Positions 1 through 8,521 of a DNA stretch of 36,024 nt are shown here, in pieces. The stretch is from a virus. Taxonomy: Duplodnaviria > Caudoviricetes. The notes below the pieces were generated by a model, which saw nothing but the letters and a program-made list of their open reading frames with translations, did not search any database and was not told the origin of the DNA. A program made the position numbers and the translations under genes. Within the stretch, counting starts at the first letter, position 1; each line of letters opens with the position of its first letter. The DNA lies in the IMG/VR virus record IMGVR_UViG_3300044677_000062, positions 1 to 36,024 of that record; one strand, 5' to 3'.

Positions 1-2
1 CC

Positions 3-290
3 GCCGGCATCGACCTGGAGGCGGAGAACGAGCGGCGGCGGGCGATGGGCGACCCGCCGCTGACCGAGACCGAGATCGAGGCCCGGGGGCACGCCTTCCA
101 CAACGCTGTAGCCAAGGCGATGAACGATGGGCCTCTGCCGACGCCGCTCCAGGAAGAGACGCCCCCGTGGGTCGAGGCGGTTCGCGCTGAGGGGATGGCT
201 TCCGACGACCGGGAGGATCCCGGCGACGTGCGGGTACGGAAGATGGAGCGCGAAGAGAACCGCGGCCGCTACGACTTGGAGGGCCGCTGA
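3..290 (+). CDS. hypothetical phage protein (5' partial; frame open from window start)
   Basis: Frame open from position 3 (AGIDLEAENERRRAMGDPP...). TGATG stop/start overlap with the next gene. Confidence 0.6.
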   Translation, partial: AGIDLEAENERRRAMGDPPLTETEIEARGHAFHNAVAKAMNDGPLPTPLQEETPPWVEAVRAEGMASDDREDPGDVRVRKMEREENRGRYDLEGR

Positions 291-769
291 TGAGCACCGA
301 GAAGGTCACGGTGGAGCGGTTGCGGAAGCGCCTGAAAGCGTTGCCGACCTGGGAGGTGCCAATCTATGGCGACAGGCCCGGCGAGCTTCTGATTCGCCTG
401 GATGAAGCGGAAGCCGCCCTCTCCTCAGACGTACTGGAGGGCGGGGAGGGGAGTTCGGCCGGTGGGGAGCGGTCGCGCCCCTACATCGAAGAGTGCGGCT
501 GCGACGCCCCGGCGATAGTCCGCGACGATGGCACCTGCTCGGCCTGTGGCGGCCAGGTTGTGGCCCTGACCGACCAGAAAGGAGCCGACCGAGGAGGGGC
601 AGCGATGACCGACGAGCAGATTGCAGCGTTGAAGAACATCGTTGAGGGGATCGAACGGCTAGGCACCTACGAGTTGCTATCTGTGGGTCTGCGCGGTCGG
701 CAGGTCGAGGAGGCCCGCGCCGCGTACCAAGCGCTCGTTGAGCAAGAAGCGAAGGCCGACCATGCCTGA
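290..769 (+). CDS. hypothetical protein with CxC...CxxC motif; probably two genes fused by a 1-nt indel (second start at 605)
   Basis: ORF track 159 aa. Internal GAGGAGGGG followed by ATG at 605. Confidence 0.6.
   Translation: MSTEKVTVERLRKRLKALPTWEVPIYGDRPGELLIRLDEAEAALSSDVLEGGEGSSAGGERSRPYIEECGCDAPAIVRDDGTCSACGGQVVALTDQKGADRGGAAMTDEQIAALKNIVEGIERLGTYELLSVGLRGRQVEEARAAYQALVEQEAKADHA
580..603 (+). repeat. 24-bp gene-junction direct repeat, copy 1
   Basis: aggagccgaccgaggaggggcagc, identical to 1396-1419. Confidence 0.85.
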
Positions 770-1427
770 CCCCGCCCCCAATACACAAGGAGTAGAGGAG
801 GAGCGGACGATTTGGCGGATCACGCTCGCCGAGTACCCGAAGTCGGAGCCGATTTACACCGAGGACAACGAGCACGCCGAGACCTACCGCACCACGACGG
901 TTCCCTACGACGTTGTCCCCTACGTCCCCGCCTCCCGGCTAGTAGAGGCCGAGGCGGAACGGGACGAACTTGCTGCAACGAATGAGGGCGGCTTCGATGA
1001 AGTCGTGGAGCTACGCGAGAAATTGGAGGCGATGACCAGTGCCCGTGACCTCTGCAAGCGTCAGACCGCACAGGCGCATGAACGTTCCGACAAGCGTGCT
1101 GAGGCATGGAAAGCCGAAATGGAGCGCGCAAACCGGGCCGAGCTATCCCTGAAACGTCTAGAGGAGGGGCTGGCGGAGGCCGAGGCGAAATGTCAACACT
1201 GGCTTGACGAGGACGTAAAAAGCCAGGACGAGATCGAGAGGTTGGAGGCTCACCGCGACGCGTTTGAGTCTGCGCTGCTCCCCTTCATCGACGCGAAGCC
1301 AATGCCTGGCTCAAACGACGATTGCTATCGCCTCGAAGTCTCCGGCGACCAGCTTCGCACCGCCAAGTCCGCCACCCAGCACCTACCAGAGGGCCAGGAG
1401 CCGACCGAGGAGGGGCAGCATGGCTGA
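762..1427 (+). CDS. hypothetical coiled-coil protein
   Basis: MPDPAPNTQ... with a long E/A/R-rich heptad region; overlaps both neighbours. Confidence 0.7.
   Translation: MPDPAPNTQGVEEERTIWRITLAEYPKSEPIYTEDNEHAETYRTTTVPYDVVPYVPASRLVEAEAERDELAATNEGGFDEVVELREKLEAMTSARDLCKRQTAQAHERSDKRAEAWKAEMERANRAELSLKRLEEGLAEAEAKCQHWLDEDVKSQDEIERLEAHRDAFESALLPFIDAKPMPGSNDDCYRLEVSGDQLRTAKSATQHLPEGQEPTEEGQHG
1396..1419 (+). repeat. 24-bp gene-junction direct repeat, copy 2
   Basis: Identical to 580-603; directly precedes ATG 1420. Confidence 0.85.
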
Positions 1428-1881
1428 GCAGATCGAGCGGTTCGTCCCGGTCAACGCCCACGTCAACCTCTACGGATTCTCGGCCAAGATGGTCCGGGAG
1501 AAGCGGCCGGGCGACGGCCACTGGGTCCGCTACGACGACCACCTGGCCGCCCTGAAAGCAGAGCGGGAGCGGCGGGAAGAGGCGGCGCGTGGCAATGATG
1601 CGCGCGGCGACGAGCGGACCCGGACCTTCGCAGAACGGGACGCAGCAATCGAACGGTGCCGCAAAGAAGCGAACCGCGCAAACGATGCGGAGCTGCGGAT
1701 GCAACGGGCCGAGGCTGCCCTAGCCCAAGAGGGGGAGCGGGGAGCCGCCATCAAGGACGCGCTGGTTTCCGCAATGGCGGGCGTGCCTGGGTGGATTGCC
1801 GAGGCCAACGCCGCCCTCAACCCATCCGAGCAACCAGAGGGCGCCTCGGCTTCACCGGAGCAGGGTGGGGAGGAGCGATGA
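1420..1881 (+). CDS. hypothetical coiled-coil protein
   Basis: MAEQIERF...GHWVRYDDH...; strong SD; ATGA overlap with the next gene. Confidence 0.7.
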   Translation: MAEQIERFVPVNAHVNLYGFSAKMVREKRPGDGHWVRYDDHLAALKAERERREEAARGNDARGDERTRTFAERDAAIERCRKEANRANDAELRMQRAEAALAQEGERGAAIKDALVSAMAGVPGWIAEANAALNPSEQPEGASASPEQGGEER

Positions 1882-2186
1882 GCGATTTCCCCTTGAAGCA
1901 GGGCGCTCGATGCGGCCTCTGCGGAGGCCCGTGCAACGCCCTCGGCTGTGTCTCCGAGTGCGCCGAGAGCCGAGCGGCGGCGATCTGGAATGACGAATGG
2001 CCCGGCACCGACGAGGAGCGCCTGAGTGCGGTGAAGCAGATCGCCGAGTCGGAGTTGCGCGGCGTTCGTCCCGAGTTCGTTTCGCCAGCCGTTATCCGCA
2101 TCTACCGAATCGTCAACGCCGCCGGCAAAAAGCAACCCGACCCACCCGCCTCGGCTTTACCCGTAGAGGGTGATGAGCGTGGCTGA
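1878..2186 (+). CDS. hypothetical Cys-rich (Zn-binding) protein
   Basis: MSDFPLKQGARCGLCGGPCNALGCVSEC; SD GGAGGAG. Confidence 0.65.
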   Translation: MSDFPLKQGARCGLCGGPCNALGCVSECAESRAAAIWNDEWPGTDEERLSAVKQIAESELRGVRPEFVSPAVIRIYRIVNAAGKKQPDPPASALPVEGDERG

Positions 2187-2394
2187 GACCAAGGACACGA
2201 TGTTTGGGCTGTTGCGACGGACTGGCCCGGCGAGCGCCGAGCTATTCGACACGGAGTCCGGGGCGGTCTACGGATTCAACTTCGCGGCGTTTGCCGAGAT
2301 GCAAATCGGCTCGATGCAGAACGGCCGAGAAATCACCGACGACCTGTTTTTCCCGGCCCCCTCGAACCAAGAGCAGGGAGGAGGGGACCGATGA
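2173..2394 (+). CDS. hypothetical protein (start 2173 or 2179)
   Basis: Fills the gap; coupled to the next gene by ATGA. Confidence 0.55.
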   Translation: MSVAETKDTMFGLLRRTGPASAELFDTESGAVYGFNFAAFAEMQIGSMQNGREITDDLFFPAPSNQEQGGGDR

Positions 2395-2906
2395 GCCAGC
2401 AGACGCTCGACAACGTCGATCACGGCGGCGCCCACTTCAGCCCGGACGGCCGCTACCGCTACTCGCTCTCCCGCCGCTGGGACAAGGATGCCCCCCATGT
2501 CGTCTGGGTGATGCTCAATCCCTCCGCTGCCGACGGGATCAAGAACGACGCCACCATGCGCCGAGTGCTGCGCTTCTCCGCCGACTGGGGCTTTGGCAAG
2601 CTCACCGTCGTCAACCTCTATGGGCTGGTCTCGACCGACCCGGCCGAGCTGTACCGCGCTGCCGACCCGGTCGGCCCCGACAACGATCGAGCCATCGCCC
2701 GCGCCGTGGTCCAGGCCAACGCGATCGTCGTCGCCTGGGGCGCCGAACTGCCTCACCCCCAGCGAGCCAGGGACGTGGTCTCGGTGTTGCGGGCCAACTC
2801 CGCCAAGCTGCCGCTCAACTGCCTCGGGCTCACTAAGGAGCGCCACCCGCGCCACCCGGTCCGCCTCGCCGCCAAAACGCCGCTGGAAGTCTTCTATGGC
2901 GGGTGA
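2391..2906 (+). CDS. DUF1643 family protein
   Basis: Motifs YRYxLxRxW, VMLNPSxAD, DxTxRR, VVNLY, TDP, GPDND, VVAWG, CLGxTK, PRHP. Confidence 0.85.
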   Translation: MSQQTLDNVDHGGAHFSPDGRYRYSLSRRWDKDAPHVVWVMLNPSAADGIKNDATMRRVLRFSADWGFGKLTVVNLYGLVSTDPAELYRAADPVGPDNDRAIARAVVQANAIVVAWGAELPHPQRARDVVSVLRANSAKLPLNCLGLTKERHPRHPVRLAAKTPLEVFYGG

Positions 2907-3093
2907 AGCCAACATGAACCTGGCGCAGGAAGAGAGGGTCGAGGATTGGGTGCAGCGGATGGAGAAGATCGCGGAGCAGAACATCGACGCGGCGGCCACC
3001 TTCGAGCGGGCGGTGGACTCAATGCACGATGCCGTCTCCAACATGGAAGGCGCCGCCCGAAAGATCAGCGAAGCCAGCAGGCGGATGTCGTGA
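2896..3093 (+). CDS. small helical hypothetical protein
   Basis: MAGEANMNLAQEERVEDW...; GTGA overlap with the next gene. Confidence 0.55.
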   Translation: MAGEANMNLAQEERVEDWVQRMEKIAEQNIDAAATFERAVDSMHDAVSNMEGAARKISEASRRMS

Positions 3094-3491
3094 CGCGCCA
3101 GGAGCTGCGCATCTTCCTCGATGGCTGGTACTGCGAGTGCGGTGATCCCGAGCGGGCCTCCCAGGAGCTGCTCAACCTGCTGAGGATGCACCCGCTCCAC
3201 CAGGGCGGCGGATGGGACAAACTCGAAGACCGACTCGGCTTGGGCTTCGCCTATCTGCTGCTCTATACGCTCGATCACTTCGACCTCACCGAGCTCGCCG
3301 GCGTCATCAATGGTGGCTGGCTCACCGAGAAGGGCGAGGCCGTTCGCGACGCCCTTGCTCGCGAGGAGGCCGATGAGTTCGAGGCACTACTCGCCGGTCA
3401 CTGTTCGGCGGGGCGTGATGAGGACGATCCGGGGCACTTGGTTGACGCTCCAGAGAACGAGCAGTGCCCTTGCCGGAAGGGCCTCCGGTGA
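3090..3491 (+). CDS. hypothetical phage protein
   Basis: GTG start; CECGDPE...GGWLTEKG. Confidence 0.65.
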   Translation: MTRQELRIFLDGWYCECGDPERASQELLNLLRMHPLHQGGGWDKLEDRLGLGFAYLLLYTLDHFDLTELAGVINGGWLTEKGEAVRDALAREEADEFEALLAGHCSAGRDEDDPGHLVDAPENEQCPCRKGLR

Positions 3492-3601
3492 CGGAGGCCA
3501 CCTTCGAGAGCCGTTGTCCCGAGTGCGATGAGCAGATCCACGAGGGCGAAAAGATCGAGTTGAACGCCGACCAGGAATGGTGCCATGCCGACTGTGCCTG
3601 A
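3488..3601 (+). CDS. 37-aa Zn-finger-like microprotein (not in ORF track)
   Basis: VTEATFESRCPECDEQIHEGEKIELNADQEWCHADCA*; CxxC...HxxC; GTGA overlap. Confidence 0.6.
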   Translation: MTEATFESRCPECDEQIHEGEKIELNADQEWCHADCA

Positions 3602-3623
3602 CACCCTCCAACGAAAGGAAGCA

Positions 3624-3896
3624 ATGCGAAAGACGAGTGACGTGAACGACGTGGACTTTCCCTTCGCCGACGACCGGGTGCCGTTTATCCTGGTGCTCGA
3701 CGGCGCTGGGCCAGAGCACCGTGGCTTCGAGCACGCGAGCACCAAGGACAAGAAGGTGAAATTGCTCGAAGCCGCCAGCATCCGCAACCGGGAGGCGGGG
3801 CACGAGGATTACGTCCTCGCCTGCTGGCCCGGTGCCAAACGCACTGATGTCTTCCATGTGGACGACCTGGACGAGGCCCTGGCGGCATTCGGATGA
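3624..3896 (+). CDS. hypothetical protein
   Basis: SD GAAAGGA before the ATG; ...WPGAKRTDVF. Confidence 0.65.
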   Translation: MRKTSDVNDVDFPFADDRVPFILVLDGAGPEHRGFEHASTKDKKVKLLEAASIRNREAGHEDYVLACWPGAKRTDVFHVDDLDEALAAFG

Positions 3897-4168
3897 GCCG
3901 GATCCTCTTCGAGCGGGAAGGAGTGGGCGACTACGTCGTCCGTCTGGTCGAGGGCCACTGGATAGTGGTCAACCGCTTGGACGAGGTCGGCCCGAGGATG
4001 AACCGGCTGACCGTCTTCTTCTCCGATGTCGGCGGCCCCGAGGGCCAGGAGGCGGAGGCGCTCTACTGGATCGAGCGCTGCGCTTCTAAGAACGGCCTGA
4101 AGGTCGAACTGCCCGATGCATTCGACGGCGTGGAGCCTCAACTCGAATCGGAGATGCCACAGGAATGA
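3893..4168 (+). CDS. hypothetical protein
   Basis: ATGA overlaps at both ends. Confidence 0.6.
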   Translation: MSRILFEREGVGDYVVRLVEGHWIVVNRLDEVGPRMNRLTVFFSDVGGPEGQEAEALYWIERCASKNGLKVELPDAFDGVEPQLESEMPQE

Positions 4169-4413
4169 CGATCGAGCGAGAGGGAGTCTGCGCCGCCTGC
4201 GCCAATCCCCTGGAGGGCACCAATTGGAGGATGGTCAACGGCCGCGCCTACCACGCCGGCTGCAAGCCCCTCCCGGAGACCCCCCAGGAAACCAAGGACC
4301 GCACCGGGGGGCTCGGCTCCTTCGCCGAGCGCAAGGCCCGCGATGTCCTGGTCGGTCGTGGACAGGGCACCCTGGACGAGGTCACCGAGCGCCGCCGGAA
4401 GCGAGGTCGATGA
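4165..4413 (+). CDS. hypothetical Zn-finger-like protein
   Basis: CAAC...YHAGC motif. Confidence 0.6.
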   Translation: MTIEREGVCAACANPLEGTNWRMVNGRAYHAGCKPLPETPQETKDRTGGLGSFAERKARDVLVGRGQGTLDEVTERRRKRGR

Positions 4414-4417
4414 GCTA

Positions 4418-4768
4418 ATGCCACGCTTCCGCTTCTCCCACAGCATCACCCTCCCCGAGATCCGCAGAGAAGATGGCTGCCTCATAGGCCGGCACTCCTC
4501 CTGGACCAAACTCTGGGTGCGGCCACGGCTCCGCCAGATCGCCGCCCGGATCCACTGCCGCCTCTGCGGACACCACTGGCACTCGTTCACCACGGACGAT
4601 ATGCACGGCCCCGGGGAAGACATCGACGGGTTCTTCATGCCCTTCACCTCCAGGAACTCACTGCCGGGCGAGTGGGGATACCGGACCTGCTGGCGCCGTT
4701 GCGGGACCTTCGAGTCGCGCTGGCCAGAGGACGAAGCGCCCAATCTCTGGAAAGCAAAGGTCCGATGA
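4418..4768 (+). CDS. hypothetical Cys/His-rich protein
   Basis: CRLCGHHW...CWRRCG. Confidence 0.55.
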   Translation: MPRFRFSHSITLPEIRREDGCLIGRHSSWTKLWVRPRLRQIAARIHCRLCGHHWHSFTTDDMHGPGEDIDGFFMPFTSRNSLPGEWGYRTCWRRCGTFESRWPEDEAPNLWKAKVR

Positions 4769-5010
4769 CCGAATACGCCTTCGGAGCCAAGCACCACGAA
4801 GACACTGTCGTCCACATCACCGAGGGCATCGACGGGACCAAAGCGCTCTGCGGCGAGGGCAACATCGTCATCCTCGCCATCGGCGCTGGACCCGAGGCGA
4901 TGCTCTGCGAGCAGTGCGAGACGATCGCCCAGCGCCTCCGCGACGATGGCAAGAAAGTCGTGCTCTATACCCGCCGCCGCACCAAGGGCACGGACCCTCC
5001 GGTGCCGTGA
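4765..5010 (+). CDS. hypothetical Zn-binding protein
   Basis: VHI...ALCG...CEQC; ATGA coupling. Confidence 0.6.
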   Translation: MTEYAFGAKHHEDTVVHITEGIDGTKALCGEGNIVILAIGAGPEAMLCEQCETIAQRLRDDGKKVVLYTRRRTKGTDPPVP

Positions 5011-5339
5011 AGCACTGGATCGTCATCCCCTGCGTCACCCCGCACTCTGGTGGCGAAGTCTTCCACGATGCTGTGGCCACCGTCGAAGCCGATACCGCCG
5101 AGGAAGCCGGGGAGATCGCTCACGATCTGCTCCTTCGCGAAAATCCCGATCTCGACCCCGATTACACCGGCTCGATGTTCGCCCTATCTTTCGAGCCCGC
5201 CGAGTTCGTGGCGCTCCAGCGTGGCGTCCGATTCACCAAGGCGGCTGATGAGTGGCAGTGCTGCGGCGGCCCTATCGAGTTGACCGACAATGGTCACTCG
5301 GGCTTCTGTCCGCACCGGGCAAAGGATCCAGAGCAGTGA
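5007..5339 (+). CDS. hypothetical protein
   Basis: GTG start; VEADTAEEA motif; C-terminal CC...HxxxC. Confidence 0.6.
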   Translation: MKHWIVIPCVTPHSGGEVFHDAVATVEADTAEEAGEIAHDLLLRENPDLDPDYTGSMFALSFEPAEFVALQRGVRFTKAADEWQCCGGPIELTDNGHSGFCPHRAKDPEQ

Positions 5340-5578
5340 AGCTCGCGAACTGCCCAACCCACGGCCGCAACTATCTCGCCAACGCTGGTGCTCCCAACAT
5401 CGTCCGCTGCATGGCATCGGCCGGATGTCCCACGGGCGGCACGATCGAACGCTGTCGCAACTGCGCCGGGACCGGCGTCGATGGGCGCTCCCCGGAGTGG
5501 ATCGGCTGCTGCGTCTGTACGGGCCTCGGTTGGCGGCCCCGGCGCTCGCCGCTGGGCTCGGCCTACCCGGTGAGCTGA
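5336..5578 (+). CDS. small Zn-finger protein with CxxCxGxG repeats
   Basis: CRNCAGTG...CCVCTGLG, resembling the DnaJ-type Zn-finger motif. Confidence 0.6.
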   Translation: MKLANCPTHGRNYLANAGAPNIVRCMASAGCPTGGTIERCRNCAGTGVDGRSPEWIGCCVCTGLGWRPRRSPLGSAYPVS

Positions 5579-6006
5579 TGTTTGGGATCCCCGTCGTCGT
5601 GATTCACGCCCTCTCCCAGGCGCTCGCCGTCGAGGCGATATGGAAGGAGTCCTCGGCACAGATCGCGCACGACGATGGCCACGAGGAGGACTGGCCCATC
5701 GGCTACTGCGTAGATGCCAGCATCGATCTCCACGAAGAGTTGATCAAGAAGGTGCCCGAGGCCGGCGCCGAGTTCGTCTATGGCTTCTTCTATGTCGGCG
5801 CCGAGGTGCGCGTGCCGCTCTCCCACTCCTGGATCGAAGTCGGTGGCGGCTTCATCCTCGACATCACCCTGGCCCAGTTCTTTCGAGAGGGCACAGAGCG
5901 GCTCCCAATCGTGTTGCCCACCGAGGACCTGGCCAGCCGCTATCTGGTGATCGAACGCAACCCGAGTTGGGCCGCCAATACCCAGGACGAGGTGACGCCG
6001 GCATGA
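5578..6006 (+). CDS. papain/transglutaminase-like fold protein (putative Cys-His-Asp triad)
   Basis: GYCVDAS ... HSWIEV ... ILDITLAQF. Confidence 0.6.
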   Translation: MFGIPVVVIHALSQALAVEAIWKESSAQIAHDDGHEEDWPIGYCVDASIDLHEELIKKVPEAGAEFVYGFFYVGAEVRVPLSHSWIEVGGGFILDITLAQFFREGTERLPIVLPTEDLASRYLVIERNPSWAANTQDEVTPA

Positions 6007-6290
6007 GCGTCAAGGAGCGCGCCAACCTTGACGACATCGTCTTTCTCGGCGAGGACGAGGTCTGCCACCTCATCGAGGACGAGTATTGGGATTTCTGGCT
6101 CTTCCGGCATGTGATCAAGACCGTCTGCGGCGCTCCCTACGACTGCAAGACCGGCAAACGCGGCATCGTCTTGGCCTGGGCTGGTGAGGAGAAGTGCCCG
6201 GACTGCTACCGCCTGGTCTGCCCGGAATGCATCCAGCATGGCAATCGCAAGCGCCAGGAAGAACGCGAAGAGTTGGAAGGCCGACCATGA
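6003..6290 (+). CDS. hypothetical Cys-rich protein
   Basis: CHL...TVCG...CPDC...CPEC. Confidence 0.6.
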   Translation: MSVKERANLDDIVFLGEDEVCHLIEDEYWDFWLFRHVIKTVCGAPYDCKTGKRGIVLAWAGEEKCPDCYRLVCPECIQHGNRKRQEEREELEGRP

Positions 6291-6709
6291 GCAAGCGGAT
6301 CTACAGCGAGCGCCAAGAACTCGAAGTGGTGGCCCTCTACGAGCAGGACGAGTACAGCCTGCGCGAGATCCAAGAGGAGACCGGCGTCGTTTTCGGCACG
6401 GCCAAAAACATCTTGGCCCGCCGGGGAGTAAAGCTCCGCCCCCGTGGCAGCGGCCGCACGATGCCCCCGCTCCATGGCAACGACCTGGACCGCACGGTCT
6501 GGCTCCACCGCCAAGGCCTCACCTACGAGCAGATGGGCCAACTCCTCGGCCTCTCCGAAGGGGGCGTCAAGCACCGCATCGGGCTGGCCCGAAAGCGCCT
6601 CGGCTATGAGGAGGTAAAGCGCGGCCGCAACAACCGCCCGAAGACCCAGATCCCTCTCCAGGTAGCCCGCGCAGTGCGCTCCTGGCGGGAGTTGGACGCT
6701 GCTGTATGA
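6287..6709 (+). CDS. double helix-turn-helix DNA-binding protein
   Basis: YSLREIQEETGVVFGTAKNIL and GLTYEQMGQLLGLSEGGVKHRI (sigma region-4-like). Confidence 0.7.
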   Translation: MSKRIYSERQELEVVALYEQDEYSLREIQEETGVVFGTAKNILARRGVKLRPRGSGRTMPPLHGNDLDRTVWLHRQGLTYEQMGQLLGLSEGGVKHRIGLARKRLGYEEVKRGRNNRPKTQIPLQVARAVRSWRELDAAV

Positions 6710-7260
6710 CCTTCCCCACCGCCCAGGGCGTTATGTTCTCAGGCGTGCTCAAACCGAAGTGTCCTGCCGCTGAAGCTCTCGCCGGCCCCCCGATGTCCGG
6801 TCCCTCCGTCGTCTGCCGGGTGATGGCGGCCGAGGACGCCCGAGCCGATTCGATCCTGGAGGGGATGGTCGGAGGGAGGCTGATCACCGACCTCGACCAA
6901 GGCACGATTCTCCGTGGCTTCTGCTGCGGGCCTGGTCTACCGAGGTTCACGGACACCGACAAGCCCCGCGGCCACTACACGTTCTGCCCGGTCTGGGAAG
7001 CAGCCGAAGCGGCCGAGCGCCAGCGCAAGGAGGCCGATGGCCGCGCCTTCGCCGCCCCGGAGAAGCCGAAGATCCTCGGCGAGGACATCGAGGTCAAGGC
7101 CGACCTCTTGGGGCTCGACCCCGAGCAACTCCAGCGGGAGGAAAAACGCTTCTACGACGAGCACCCCCAGGCCAAGGAGGCCCTGGGCGGCGAGATCCTC
7201 ACCGGGGAAGAGGCGATGGTGGACGTGGCCACCGACGACGAGTGGAAGGAGGAGAGCTGA
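6706..7260 (+). CDS. hypothetical protein
   Basis: 184-aa ORF, coupled at both ends. Confidence 0.6.
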   Translation: MTFPTAQGVMFSGVLKPKCPAAEALAGPPMSGPSVVCRVMAAEDARADSILEGMVGGRLITDLDQGTILRGFCCGPGLPRFTDTDKPRGHYTFCPVWEAAEAAERQRKEADGRAFAAPEKPKILGEDIEVKADLLGLDPEQLQREEKRFYDEHPQAKEALGGEILTGEEAMVDVATDDEWKEES

Positions 7261-7457
7261 TGATGGCGGCCGAACCGATCAACTTCATGCCCCGCGAGCC
7301 GGAGTCGGTGCGCGTCTATAGATCGGCCACCCCCATTGCCCGCGCCGCCGACACCGAGGGCGGCGTCCTCTTCGTCACCGGGCCGGATGGGAACCTGCAC
7401 CGCTACGGCCGCCTTGTCCCGGACACTGCCGGCCGAGTAGAAAAGGAGTCGCCATGA
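7260..7457 (+). CDS. hypothetical protein
   Basis: SD GGAGGAG; TGATG coupling. Confidence 0.55.
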   Translation: MMAAEPINFMPREPESVRVYRSATPIARAADTEGGVLFVTGPDGNLHRYGRLVPDTAGRVEKESP

Positions 7458-7666
7458 AGGACCGAGACATCAAGCGGCGCACGACGATCAAGGCCGGCAA
7501 GATCAAGAAGCACGACGTGATCGAAGTGCGCGGCCAGCGCTTCCGCTGCGACCGGGTCGCCAAGCGGGGCGCCAACGTCGAGTTGACCAAGATCCCCAAC
7601 GGGAGCAAGCCTGTTCGTCGGCTGTCGATCAACCGCCGCAAGCATGTGGATCTGGTGCGGCGATGA
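7454..7666 (+). CDS. small basic beta-rich protein
   Basis: SD AAAGGAG; 70 aa. Confidence 0.6.
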   Translation: MKDRDIKRRTTIKAGKIKKHDVIEVRGQRFRCDRVAKRGANVELTKIPNGSKPVRRLSINRRKHVDLVRR

Positions 7667-7896
7667 GCGACCTGACGCCGCCCGCGATGAAGCGCTACCG
7701 CGTCATCGTCGACTCGCCCGAGCTACCGGAGCGCCACGACTTCGACCTCGACGCGCGTGTCGAGGTCGAAGCACAGGTGAAAGGCGCCGAAGTGGCGCTG
7801 ACCACCACCCGGCACTTGCCTCGCCGACTCGCGCGCCTGAGCCGAGAGGATCAGGTCACCGCTGTCGCTGGCTTCGCACAGGCGACCGAGCTGTGA
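7663..7896 (+). CDS. hypothetical protein
   Basis: ATGA coupling. Confidence 0.55.
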   Translation: MSDLTPPAMKRYRVIVDSPELPERHDFDLDARVEVEAQVKGAEVALTTTRHLPRRLARLSREDQVTAVAGFAQATEL

Positions 7897-7963
7897 AGCG
7901 CCAGCACCATGCTGCTGTTGCGGCGCCGGCATTTAACGGCCTCAGGGGTTCGGTGACCGCCTG

Positions 7964-8386
7964 ATGGGCTACCTGTGGCCGCCGCCCTGGTGGAGGGATA
8001 CGTCCCTCTCACCGTCGGCGGATGAGGAACAGACGGTCCAGGGGGCCGCCGAACTCCTCTTCCCGCCAGACGCACCGGTCTGTATGCGCTGTGAACGTCT
8101 TCCGTTCCTGGGCCGTCGCCTGAACGTGGGCAACAACCAGATGGTCTGCATAGATTGCTTCGCCTTCGTGACGGGGATCGACGACCGCGACCCGATCGAG
8201 GCCCCGACCGCCCGGAGCGGCGACCCTCGCTACGTCGCCCGCAGCAAGCGGGAGGACACGCCGCCCTTCGAGCTGTTCCCTCCCGCCGAGGACGAACGGC
8301 CGCCCCTCGCTCCGCTGCCACCGGGAACGCCGCGGTGGGTCCGGCTTCTCCACTGGCTCGTCATCCGCCTGGTGAGCGAGCGATGA
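7964..8386 (+). CDS. hypothetical protein with CxxC...CxxC
   Basis: CMRC...CIDC; Pro-rich tail. Confidence 0.55.
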   Translation: MGYLWPPPWWRDTSLSPSADEEQTVQGAAELLFPPDAPVCMRCERLPFLGRRLNVGNNQMVCIDCFAFVTGIDDRDPIEAPTARSGDPRYVARSKREDTPPFELFPPAEDERPPLAPLPPGTPRWVRLLHWLVIRLVSER

Positions 8387-8499
8387 CCGCCAGCTATCGC
8401 AGCAGGAGCAGCAGCAGCACTCCGCCTCCCTCCAATGAGGTCCTCGGCTGGCGCTTCATCTTGCGGTACTACTTCCAGAAGCTCCGCAACCGCCTGTAG
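8383..8499 (+). CDS. 38-aa microprotein
   Basis: ATGA coupling; MTASYRS...WRFILRYYFQKLRNRL. Confidence 0.4.
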   Translation: MTASYRSRSSSSTPPPSNEVLGWRFILRYYFQKLRNRL

Positions 8500-8521
8500 A
8501 CCCAACCGACCGGAGGTAACG

